Positions 9,876 to 18,708 of a stretch of 32,000 nucleotides of DNA are shown one piece after another. This stretch comes from Promethearchaeota archaeon. GTDB lineage: Archaea > Asgardarchaeota > Lokiarchaeia > Sigyniarchaeales > SOKP01. The first letter of the stretch is position 1; each line of letters begins with the position of its first letter. The notes beneath the pieces were generated by a model. That model made no database searches. It had not been told where the DNA came from and saw nothing but the letters and a program-made list of their open reading frames with translations. Position numbers and translations under genes: made by a program. The DNA lies in contig JAUWGH010000005.1 of NCBI GenBank assembly GCA_030606485.1, forward strand, positions 180,001 through 212,000, given 5' to 3'.

Positions 9876-9973
9876 AATAATAGTGGCTTAATAATATAAT
9901 TTTTAATATATATTTAGATTATTTATCAAAATATAATTATTTTTATTAAAAGGTTGGTAGTTGATACCGTTTT

Positions 9974-10771
9974 ATGTTTAAAATAAAATTAGAAAATAGT
10001 AAAATTTTAAGAGGAATTATAGAAGCTTTAGCATCAATTATAGACGAAACTGAATTTATAATTACTACTAAGGAATTATCAATTAGAGCTATGGATCCAT
10101 CTAGAATATGTCTTCTCCAATTGTCAATGACTAAACAAGATTTCGATGAGTATGAATGCGATAAAGATACCAAAATTGGTCTAAATCTTGAAGATCTCGA
10201 TAAAATATTAAAAAGAAGCTCTGCAGGTGATTCTGTTGAGTTAATTTTCGAACCTGATACTCAAAAATTAAAAATTAAAATGAAACAACGTGATAGCACA
10301 AAAGTTAGGACCTTTAGTCTTGCATTGTTAGATATAGAGATGGAAGATATCCCGATGGAAAATCTTTTAAAATTAGAATATAGTGCAGATTGGTCAATGA
10401 ATCCTGCATTTTTTGTAGAAGCAATAAAAGATGCTGAAATTTATTCAGAAATTCTAACTATAAAAGCAGAGGAAGATAGAGGCTTATTATTTAGTTCTGT
10501 TGGACAAATTGGAGAAATGGAATATGAATTAGCTCTCGATGATCTATTGGAAAAAAATATTAAGGCAATAAGTAAAGGTTCTTATTCACTTCAATTTTTA
10601 AAGAGCATTCTTAAAATTGAAAATATTACTGAAAAATTAACGATTTCGTTGAAGGACGATCATCCATTAAAATTAATCTTTAATATTTTCGAAGGAGGTA
10701 CAATTAGTTATTTTCTGGCACCGAGGGTAGAAGAAGTTGAATTTGAAGAAGAAGATTTAGAAGAATACTAA
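9974..10771 (+). CDS. pcn: Proliferating cell nuclear antigen (sliding clamp)
   Basis: AMDPSRICLL, GLNLEDLDKILKR, YSLQFL and YFLAPRVEE motifs. Confidence 0.98.
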   Translation: MFKIKLENSKILRGIIEALASIIDETEFIITTKELSIRAMDPSRICLLQLSMTKQDFDEYECDKDTKIGLNLEDLDKILKRSSAGDSVELIFEPDTQKLKIKMKQRDSTKVRTFSLALLDIEMEDIPMENLLKLEYSADWSMNPAFFVEAIKDAEIYSEILTIKAEEDRGLLFSSVGQIGEMEYELALDDLLEKNIKAISKGSYSLQFLKSILKIENITEKLTISLKDDHPLKLIFNIFEGGTISYFLAPRVEEVEFEEEDLEEY

Positions 10772-10888
10772 AATTTAATCGTTGATTCATATCGTTTTTT
10801 TATTTATTACTAATTTCTCATTCTTACAAATTTTATTAATTTTTTTAGATAATTATTTATAATAAGAAAAAATCTGCGCACTATAATT

Positions 10889-12139
10889 ATGAGTTCTGAT
10901 GAAAATATCTTAACATCGAAACCAGAATTATTATATAGATTCCCATGGTTATCTTTTACTAAAATAAAATTCAAAGAGATTGGAAAAAAAAACCCCAATG
11001 AATTTGTTGAGTGGCTATACAAAAAGTATTGGGATAAAAATAAAGTTGATATTGATAAGAAAATCGAATCAATTTTTGAAGATGCTATAAATAATTTAGA
11101 GATTATTCGAGATTTTAGCCCAAAAGACGGAGAGTTGAACATTTACATTTATTGGATGTTAAAAATTATTTTATTCCTTCTAAATAATCAAAATATCACA
11201 AATAGAATTGCTAATCTATATTCAAAAAATGCAAAAACACAGTTAGAACTACTTAGAGATGAAAAAATGGAATATCTTTACTGGATTTGTAGTGATTTGG
11301 GTCTCGATGTTCAATATTATGAATATCCAATTAAAATTACAGCTGTTGAAAAAACAAATCTAAGCGTGCATTTTATTGATTTCATAAAAATGGGAATCAA
11401 TCTCAGGGATGATTATAGAAAACTTGTAAATAATTCACTTTCTCACGAATATGTATTCATTTCAAAGAATCGATTGATTAGACTTCTTCAAGAATATGTT
11501 AGAAATGAAATTTTAAAGTTTGAAAAGACTAATAAATCTCAGGAAGTTCCAAAAGAAAGAACTGATTTAGAAGAAATCTTAACCAAAATAACCCCTTTTA
11601 AAATCACATTTGAAAAAATAAAAAATCTAATTAAAAGTAAAAAAATAGATTTAAGCAGTGATTATACCGAAACTATAAAATATAAAGAGGGAAAAGATTT
11701 ATCTATTTTTTTTCCTCCATGTATAAAATTTCTTTTATCAAAAGTGCAACAAAGTCAAAATTTAATTCACAATGAACGTCTATTTCTAGTGTTTTTTCTA
11801 AATTCTTTAAAATACCCTATAGACCAGATAATAAATATTTTTAAAACATTACCGGATTTTGATGATAAAATTGCAAGATATCAAATTGAATTTGCTATTA
11901 AAAAGGGGTATTCACCCCATAGTTGTGCAAAATTAGAAACATTGGGGATTTGTCAAAAGGATAATAAAATCTTTGGGGATGAAATTTGTCGGGAAGGATT
12001 TTATTCAAGAAATCAAGAAAGAAACATAAAAATTACACATCCACTTTTCTTTATAAATGTTAAAGAATCAAGATATTATAAAGAATTGAAAAAACGAGAC
12101 ATTAATGGACAAAAAATAACAAGAATCGAAAAAAATTAA
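10889..12139 (+). CDS. priL: DNA primase large subunit
   Basis: Fe-S C-terminal domain FPPCI...HNERLFL...PDFDDKIARYQI...YSPHSCAKL...GIC...C...HPL; between PCNA and priS. Confidence 0.92.
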   Translation: MSSDENILTSKPELLYRFPWLSFTKIKFKEIGKKNPNEFVEWLYKKYWDKNKVDIDKKIESIFEDAINNLEIIRDFSPKDGELNIYIYWMLKIILFLLNNQNITNRIANLYSKNAKTQLELLRDEKMEYLYWICSDLGLDVQYYEYPIKITAVEKTNLSVHFIDFIKMGINLRDDYRKLVNNSLSHEYVFISKNRLIRLLQEYVRNEILKFEKTNKSQEVPKERTDLEEILTKITPFKITFEKIKNLIKSKKIDLSSDYTETIKYKEGKDLSIFFPPCIKFLLSKVQQSQNLIHNERLFLVFFLNSLKYPIDQIINIFKTLPDFDDKIARYQIEFAIKKGYSPHSCAKLETLGICQKDNKIFGDEICREGFYSRNQERNIKITHPLFFINVKESRYYKELKKRDINGQKITRIEKN

Positions 12140-12151
12140 GGAATCTAAATA

Positions 12152-13411
12152 ATGGAAAGTATAAGGTTTGTAAAAAGATTATTTCAAGCATATTATAAAG
12201 ATCAACAGAAATCTCTTCCATCAGTTAGTAATTTGCTGAAAAGAGAGTTTGCGTTTATACCATGGGAAAACAATATTATGATTAGACATTTAGGCTTTAA
12301 ATCCTTAGATTTTTTAACAGATTACTTAATTAATAATGTTCCAAAACATATGTATTCAAGCGCATCACTTTATGAGCTACCTGGTGCATCTAAAATGGAT
12401 AATAAAAATTATCTTGGTTGTGATTTAATCTTTGATATTGATGCTGATCATTTAGATACTACATGTAAAGAAAAACATGATTTTTGGGAATGTAAATCTT
12501 GCAAACAAAGTGGAACTGGCTTATCACCCAAATTCTGCCCCAACTCTGATTGTAAATCAACAAAATTTAAAAAAATAACTTGGATTTGTGAAGAATGCCT
12601 AGAGAAGGCAAAAAAAGAGATATTTAAGTTGATTAATGAATTTTTAGAACCAGATTTCGGAATTAATAAAGATAGTTGTTTTGTTTTTTTTTCTGGACAT
12701 AGAGGTTATCACCTTCATATAGAAAATGAGAAATTAAGGAAATTATCAAGTCATGAACGAAGAGAAATAGTTGATTATATTACTGGGAACAATATTTCAT
12801 TAAGTGTTTTTGGACTAAGGAAATCGGATAGGGGGATAAGTTACTTTAATCAATATAAATTGGGTTGGCCAAGAAAAATAATGTTAAAATTGAAAAATAT
12901 TCTTTCTATTGAAAATGAAGTTGAATTAAGGAATAGATTAAATCTTTATCCCCTCTCTAAAAAACAAAAAAATACTTTAATTAAGGAAAGGAAAGATATT
13001 ATTGATAATATCGTAAAAAAACAAAGAGATAATTGGATTTTACTCGGTTTTGGAATAATCACATGGGAAAATTTATTATTGAGTTTAGCCAAAAATATTG
13101 GTGCAGATATTGATATTCCTGTAACCATTGATATTCATAGATTAATAAGATATCCTGGTTCTTTACATGGCAGTAGCGGCTTTAAAGTGGTTGGAATTGA
13201 GTATAAGAATTTAGAAAGTTTTGATCCATTTTCAGATCCAGTAATTTTTTCAAAAAAAAATTTCCTTAAACTGGAAATTATCGTTCCAGAAGTACCTAAA
13301 ACCCGTGTAAGAGAAATCACTTGGGGTCCGTTTAAAATGGGAGAAGTCTTAGATCTTCCACACGATATTGGAATCTTTCTTTTATGTAAAAATGTGGCTA
13401 CTCTTAAATAA
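12152..13411 (+). CDS. priS: DNA primase small (catalytic) subunit
   Basis: REFAF, LIFDIDADHL, FSGHRGYHLH and IDIPVTIDIHRLIRYPGSLHG motifs, with a Cys-rich Zn insertion. Confidence 0.96.
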   Translation: MESIRFVKRLFQAYYKDQQKSLPSVSNLLKREFAFIPWENNIMIRHLGFKSLDFLTDYLINNVPKHMYSSASLYELPGASKMDNKNYLGCDLIFDIDADHLDTTCKEKHDFWECKSCKQSGTGLSPKFCPNSDCKSTKFKKITWICEECLEKAKKEIFKLINEFLEPDFGINKDSCFVFFSGHRGYHLHIENEKLRKLSSHERREIVDYITGNNISLSVFGLRKSDRGISYFNQYKLGWPRKIMLKLKNILSIENEVELRNRLNLYPLSKKQKNTLIKERKDIIDNIVKKQRDNWILLGFGIITWENLLLSLAKNIGADIDIPVTIDIHRLIRYPGSLHGSSGFKVVGIEYKNLESFDPFSDPVIFSKKNFLKLEIIVPEVPKTRVREITWGPFKMGEVLDLPHDIGIFLLCKNVATLK

Positions 13412-13503
13412 AATTTAATTATTTAATAGTGATTTTAAATTTATTTAAATAATAACACATTTAAAATAATTGAATCGGTACTAAAAGATATAATCAAGAA
13501 ATA

Positions 13504-14172
13504 ATGAATTCACAAAAAATATATAATAAATTGTATCAACAATGGACTAATGAAATAAATAATAAAGAGATAACTTCTCTTACTAATGAATCTTTTAAGG
13601 AATATTTAAAATTATATGCACTCGATTCGGCTTCAGATGGAAAACTAAATAATTCAGATATGCAAGTTATAAAAGAATCTTTAATTGATTCTTTAATAAA
13701 AAATATTAAATTTCTATTAGATGATTTATTAAAAGTTAGAAAACGCAAAATAATTGATAAATCACTTAATTTATTAGAAATTGATAGAAATAAATTATTA
13801 GAACATGAACAAATGTTCTATGATAATCTCATTGCTTCTTTTAAAGGATTTAAAAATTTGGAATCTCTAACATTATCTGATATCGAACGTTCTTTAAAGA
13901 AGAAAGAATTAACTCCAATTGAAAAGAAGGTTTCAGAAATTCCAAATATACCTTCACAAAAAGATGAAATGGCTGTGAGTCCAACAAGATCTGCATCTTT
14001 AAATGGAATTGAATATTTAAATGTAAGATTCATGATGGATTGTCCTGCATTAGTAGGAATTGATCTTGTAAATTACGGTCCTTTTTTAAAGGAAGATGTC
14101 TGTATGGTACCTTTTGAAAATGCGAAAATTCTTATTGAAGAAAAGATAGTAGAAAAAATTAGGCCAAAATAA
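13504..14172 (+). CDS. GINS complex subunit (Gins51/15 type)
   Basis: Helical A-domain, linker, then B-domain VRFMMDCPALVGIDLVNYGPFLKEDV...ENAKILIEEK; directly follows priS as in the conserved archaeal cluster. Confidence 0.88.
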   Translation: MNSQKIYNKLYQQWTNEINNKEITSLTNESFKEYLKLYALDSASDGKLNNSDMQVIKESLIDSLIKNIKFLLDDLLKVRKRKIIDKSLNLLEIDRNKLLEHEQMFYDNLIASFKGFKNLESLTLSDIERSLKKKELTPIEKKVSEIPNIPSQKDEMAVSPTRSASLNGIEYLNVRFMMDCPALVGIDLVNYGPFLKEDVCMVPFENAKILIEEKIVEKIRPK

Positions 14173-14189
14173 ATTATTGTTGAAGAATT

Positions 14190-14396
14190 TTAATCATTAT
14201 TATTAGAGGTTCTATCAAAACGCTTGTTAAATTCCTCTTTGAAATATTCTTTTCTATATCTTCCAAATTTATCAATTAATGAAAACTTAGGAGGTTTGGG
14301 ATTCTTTAAATTCCCTCCACAAATTTTGCATTTCATTTCTTTGTTTGGTAATGAATATTCTCCACAATTAGCACATTTAAAAAGTAATTTCGTCAT
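14190..14396 (-). CDS. nop10: H/ACA RNP protein Nop10
   Basis: KCANCGEYSL...CKICGG...PKPPKFSLIDKFGRYR; directly downstream of aIF2-alpha. Confidence 0.93.
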   Translation of the reverse strand: MTKLLFKCANCGEYSLPNKEMKCKICGGNLKNPKPPKFSLIDKFGRYRKEYFKEEFNKRFDRTSNNND

Positions 14397-14426
14397 AATT
14401 CTTTAAAAACCAAATAAATTCATTAT

Positions 14427-15245
14427 TTATTTATCTCGAATGAATTCAAAAGTCCCGCCAACATTAATCATCTCATCTTCAATTGTTTTTAGAACACTAG
14501 CTAGTACTGATTCTGCTTCTTGATAATTTTTTTCAATCACTTCTAAACGATAATTAGAGGCAGCAACATAACGAATATCAACTCTCTGTGTTTCTTTTGG
14601 GCTTTTAATCACTTTTATTCCGGTATTTATTGCGTTTTTTATAATGTTAATTCCATTTGGAGCAGTGGAAGTCAATGACAATTTACCGCTAATTGAAACT
14701 GTACTTACAATAACATTCTCTTCGATAATTTTTACGAATTTTTTAGCAATTTCTGAGTCAATATCTAAATTTTGAATTGCTTGAATACCACTTTCTTTAA
14801 TATCTTCAAGTGTTTTTTGATATGATTCATAAGAATCTAATATCGGAAATCCAATCGTTTCATACAGCTCATTTATTGATTTACCAGTTTCATCTGCTAA
14901 AAATGTTAATAAATTTTCAAATTTAAAAGCATATTTCCATTCTTTCATTCTTAATTGCTTTTGTTGAGCCGTAACTCGCCGTAATGATAAATCCACATGA
15001 CCTTTAAAATTATCTACTTTCAAAACTTTCAGTACTAAAATTTCGTTCATACGAACATAATTTCTTACATTTCTTATCCACCTAGATGATATCTCGGATA
15101 TGTGAATCATCCCTCTTGCTAGATTTTCGTCTTCCCGACCTTCAAAATCTGATAGATCTACATAAATATAGCCCCTTTGAATATCCACAACCTTAGCAAT
15201 AACAAAACTTCCTTCTTTTGGAAATTTTATTTTTGATTTGACCAT
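14427..15245 (-). CDS. eif2a: Translation initiation factor 2 subunit alpha
   Basis: S1 domain FPKEG...GMIHISEISSRWIRNVR...VLKV...GHVDLSLRRV and C-terminal GGTFEFIR. Confidence 0.96.
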   Translation of the reverse strand: MVKSKIKFPKEGSFVIAKVVDIQRGYIYVDLSDFEGREDENLARGMIHISEISSRWIRNVRNYVRMNEILVLKVLKVDNFKGHVDLSLRRVTAQQKQLRMKEWKYAFKFENLLTFLADETGKSINELYETIGFPILDSYESYQKTLEDIKESGIQAIQNLDIDSEIAKKFVKIIEENVIVSTVSISGKLSLTSTAPNGINIIKNAINTGIKVIKSPKETQRVDIRYVAASNYRLEVIEKNYQEAESVLASVLKTIEDEMINVGGTFEFIRDK

Positions 15246-15344
15246 AATTTAATGTAAGAAACAAATTTTTAAAATTCTTCTAAAAATAAAATTGTTTTTT
15301 ACATTTTTTATTTAAATAATCCTATTCTATTATGAATTTCAATT

Positions 15345-15590
15345 ATGATTATCGAATATTGTTTTTTATTTTTAGGTGTGTTAATAATATCCTTTTTGTT
15401 GTCCTTATTGACAATGCACTTAGAAAATAAAAGTTCATTTTGGAAACATTTCCTTCGATCATGCTTCTTTATTGTGATTATTGTTCATGAGGTAAGTCAC
15501 TACATTATTAGTTTCTTAACTCATACTAAGGTAAATTTTCACCACGCACTCAAAAGTAGAATTGAGAAGAGAATTGAGGTAAGAAAATAA
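15345..15590 (+). pseudogene. Short membrane protein with HExxH motif; probable truncated M50-like metallopeptidase remnant
   Basis: Hydrophobic segments followed by IIVHEVSHY. The ORF stops ~30 aa later, with no third zinc ligand region. Confidence 0.4.
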
Positions 15591-15937
15591 TGTTTAAATT
15601 AATAATATATGGGGTAATAATATTGATGGGTTTTATCTTTTTTCAGAAAGATCCCATAACTACGTCAATAATTGTTGGAATTATTTTAATAATTTATCTA
15701 TATCCTAAATATCGAAAATATAAGAACTCCGACGGGGGAATTTTTAGTAAAGGAGAGGTTGGGGTATCGACAAACAATGATTTAGTAAAGTTTGTTCTTT
15801 TAATGTCTCTACTGAATCAGAATCAATCACAACCTGTAAAACTTATTTTAAAACAAGATGTGATGAATTCTTTAAAAGAAAGAGATGAAGATTTGAAAGA
15901 AGAAAAAAGTCAAATTTTAAAATTATTTGATAAATAA
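15590..15937 (+). CDS. Hypothetical small membrane protein (2 N-terminal TM segments)
   Basis: Two hydrophobic N-terminal helices and a charged tail; TAATG overlap with the preceding ORF and a GAGGT SD-like element. Confidence 0.65.
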   Translation: MFKLIIYGVIILMGFIFFQKDPITTSIIVGIILIIYLYPKYRKYKNSDGGIFSKGEVGVSTNNDLVKFVLLMSLLNQNQSQPVKLILKQDVMNSLKERDEDLKEEKSQILKLFDK

Positions 15938-16694
15938 GGTAAAAAAACTGATAAAAAATAATAATACAAAATTCTCCGATTTTATTCCAAATAAAAATGA
16001 GTTTTGTAATGGATTTATTGCCTTAATTTATAATCTCCTAAGTAATAATTCCAGAATAATTCAAGTATCTGGGAAATCGGGTTCAGGTAAATCAACATTT
16101 GTTCAATATCTAGTCGGACATCTGATTTCAAATAAGAAAAATTTATTGTCTGCTTTATGGATAAATACCGGTTCGCCATTTTCAGATAAAAGATTAGAAC
16201 ATAACTTTAATGAAGCTCCAGAACAGTTAGAATATATTAAGAATAATATTTTTTTAACTAATATTTCTTCATATTTTAAACAGCAAAATTTAATAAATGA
16301 GTTAAGCTCATTAAAAGATTTTATTCCCATAAATACAAAATTATTAATATTTGATTCAATTTCTTACAATTTTCGCCTTAAACTGATGAAGTTTAATGAG
16401 ATTGATATTAAAATCAAGCTAATAAATTCATTCTTTATTGAGCAAATATATCCGTTACAAATGTTTGCTTCACTTAATAGAGTAAATTTGATTTTCATTC
16501 ATGAAGTTTCATATAAACCAAAATTGAATAAAAATGTAAAATTTTTACATAAAATGTTTGATAGGATTGACTCAATAATGATTAAGTTGGAAATAAATGA
16601 GAAACGAGAAAAATTTCTAAACTTAAAATATCACAATATTGAGTTCGATTCAAAATATAAGTTGTCAAATAATGGATTTAAATTTATAATTTAA
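15927..16694 (+). CDS. RecA/RadB-family P-loop protein (degenerate Rad51-paralog-like)
   Basis: IIQVSGKSGSGKST Walker A, LWINTGSPFSDKRL, and LLIFDSIS Walker B; ATPase core only, no N-terminal HhH domain. Confidence 0.8.
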   Translation: MINKVKKLIKNNNTKFSDFIPNKNEFCNGFIALIYNLLSNNSRIIQVSGKSGSGKSTFVQYLVGHLISNKKNLLSALWINTGSPFSDKRLEHNFNEAPEQLEYIKNNIFLTNISSYFKQQNLINELSSLKDFIPINTKLLIFDSISYNFRLKLMKFNEIDIKIKLINSFFIEQIYPLQMFASLNRVNLIFIHEVSYKPKLNKNVKFLHKMFDRIDSIMIKLEINEKREKFLNLKYHNIEFDSKYKLSNNGFKFII

Positions 16695-16715
16695 AATCAA
16701 AATGGATGTTAAGAT

Positions 16716-17153
16716 ATGACAGATAAGCATAGTCAAAGTTTTTTTGGTCAGAAAGTGGGAATTATTGTAAAAAGTAATAAAAAAAATGACCCATTTATAT
16801 ATTTTCATTGTATAAGAAAAAAGGAGAATGGAGTTTGGGAAAAACCTTCACTTAATGAAGGAAAAATAGTGAAATTAAATATGGGTGAAATTATTGAGAT
16901 GTTATTTGTTCTCTCTCAAAAAAAAAGAGAGTGGAGCACGATTCATACATTTAATAATGTAACTACAAGAATTTCGATAAAAGAACATGAAACAGATCAA
17001 GCTTTTTGGATAAATATTGGAAATTATAATAGATTATTGAAATTTCCACAGTCAGAGTTATTAAAACGTTTGTTCGAACATATACTACAGGAAAAAATTG
17101 AATTTGCTACAACCACCTTGCCTAATTCCTCAATGATAAATGATTATCATTAA
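16716..17153 (+). CDS. Hypothetical protein, possible Whirly/PC4-like ssDNA-binding fold
   Basis: Clean 145-aa ORF within an operon-like run; repeated beta-strands-then-helix pattern with aromatic and basic residues. The fold is inference only. Confidence 0.6.
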   Translation: MTDKHSQSFFGQKVGIIVKSNKKNDPFIYFHCIRKKENGVWEKPSLNEGKIVKLNMGEIIEMLFVLSQKKREWSTIHTFNNVTTRISIKEHETDQAFWINIGNYNRLLKFPQSELLKRLFEHILQEKIEFATTTLPNSSMINDYH

Positions 17154-17208
17154 CATTTATCCGCACTTTTTTTTTATTTAAATATTTTGAATTTAGCCTT
17201 TCATTGTT

Positions 17209-17535
17209 ATGAGAAAAATCATATTTATTGGCGAATGCCCTAAATGCGGAGCAGATGAATTAAATCTCTATCAAACAAAAGCTTATAAGAGGTTTGTCAA
17301 GTGTGAATCTGAAACATGTAAATTTTCGTATGCTGTGCCTAAGGCAGGAAAGATTGAAAATACTACTTTATTATGTCCAAATACAAAAGTTCCAATCTTG
17401 CTTGTATTAAAAAAAGATAAAACTAGTTATTTTTGGACTGATAGACCATGTTTTACTTGCATTGATTATACCCAATGTTCTGAAGTTAATTGTCTAATTA
17501 ATGAGTTTAAAGAATTAAAGGTGAATGGGTATTAA
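17209..17535 (+). CDS. Stand-alone topoisomerase-I-type C4 zinc-ribbon protein
   Basis: IGECPKCG...KRFVKC...CKFSYAVPKAGKI...LCP...PIL...C..C resembles the C-terminal Zn ribbons of archaeal TopA. Confidence 0.72.
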   Translation: MRKIIFIGECPKCGADELNLYQTKAYKRFVKCESETCKFSYAVPKAGKIENTTLLCPNTKVPILLVLKKDKTSYFWTDRPCFTCIDYTQCSEVNCLINEFKELKVNGY

Positions 17536-18628
17536 GAGAATAATTAAATCCTTATTTCTGATTTTTTCTCTAATATCTTTAATTCTTATAAATTCAATCA
17601 ATCTTAATATTTATAAAGTGATTGCTAACGAATCAGATGAGTGGCCAAAGACTTACATTGATAAAGTATATAAATTTAATTTTCCAAAAACAACAAGAAT
17701 ATTCGAGTTAGCATTTAGAGAACACTATTATTATATAATCGATTGTGAATTAGTAACGCCGAATGAGTGCAATATATCTCTAAATATGATAGATCCCGAC
17801 GGTATTGAGTTTGAAATCTATAATGCTTCAATATCTTTTTATTTTGAAAATACGAAAAAATTTACTGTGCCTTTTGGAACAGCAAAAAATGGAACTTATG
17901 AATTGAAAATAACAGTTGAAACTGAATATAATCTTAACTTACATATTGCAATAAATGAGGGGGATATGTGCATATATGATAAATTAGTAGATGATGTCTT
18001 TAATGATAATATCGCATATAAGGTTCATTGTTTTAGTTCAGGAATTTATAATGAATTACAATTTTTGGCTAATTTAGAAAATGATACATGGTATCGAATA
18101 ATTGCTGCAAGAGTTTCTCCGATTGCCTATACATTACCAGCAACTCAAATGGTAAATTTAACTATTATTGATCCTGAGGCAGATCCTTATCTTATATTTG
18201 ATAATACAACCTATCTCCCAGAAAAGCTTGAGTTTGCTGATGTTCTATTCGGAATTGCATTTCGTGGTTCTTATTTATTTAAATTTGGTATAGCTTCAGC
18301 ATATCCCAAATATAATTTTGCATATCTAATATATGAATTTGGAAAAATTGGACAAGGAATTAATGAAACTCAAGCCTACGAAATAAATAATCCAGTGAAT
18401 GACTCTATTAATAATTATACTAGCAATTTTAACACAACATTTTATTACGAAATCCCTCAAGAAGGTTATTTTTTAATGATAGTCGTAAGTATTGTGGTTG
18501 TAATTGTAATAATTTTATCAATGCAAGCAAGGAAAATAAGAATTAAAGGATTGGAGCAAGGAAATAGGGAAAAACCAATAAATAAAAAAAAATATAAACC
18601 TAATCAAACATTAGAGAAACTAGAATAG
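17525..18628 (+). CDS. Secreted, C-terminally membrane-anchored surface protein with two beta-sandwich repeats
   Basis: N-terminal hydrophobic signal, many N-x-S/T sequons, internal repeat (MIDPDG...FGTAKNGTY vs IIDPEA...FGIAFRGSY), C-terminal TM helix plus basic tail. Confidence 0.75.
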   Translation: MGIKRIIKSLFLIFSLISLILINSINLNIYKVIANESDEWPKTYIDKVYKFNFPKTTRIFELAFREHYYYIIDCELVTPNECNISLNMIDPDGIEFEIYNASISFYFENTKKFTVPFGTAKNGTYELKITVETEYNLNLHIAINEGDMCIYDKLVDDVFNDNIAYKVHCFSSGIYNELQFLANLENDTWYRIIAARVSPIAYTLPATQMVNLTIIDPEADPYLIFDNTTYLPEKLEFADVLFGIAFRGSYLFKFGIASAYPKYNFAYLIYEFGKIGQGINETQAYEINNPVNDSINNYTSNFNTTFYYEIPQEGYFLMIVVSIVVVIVIILSMQARKIRIKGLEQGNREKPINKKKYKPNQTLEKLE

Positions 18629-18708
18629 TACAGAAGTTTATTCTAACAATTCTTTTTTGATTTATTCATTAAATAAATAAAATTTATAAAAAAAAAGATT
18701 TATTTTTT

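Noticed and set aside
10810-11142. Minus-strand ORFs overlapping priL, priS and GINS (also 12946-13128, 13135-13320, 13536-13748, 13818-14033)
   Set aside because: Fully or largely antisense to well-supported genes and without motifs.
12470-12600. Cys-rich insertion in PriS
   Set aside because: A zinc-binding insertion in the small primase subunit is known from other archaea and eukaryotes.
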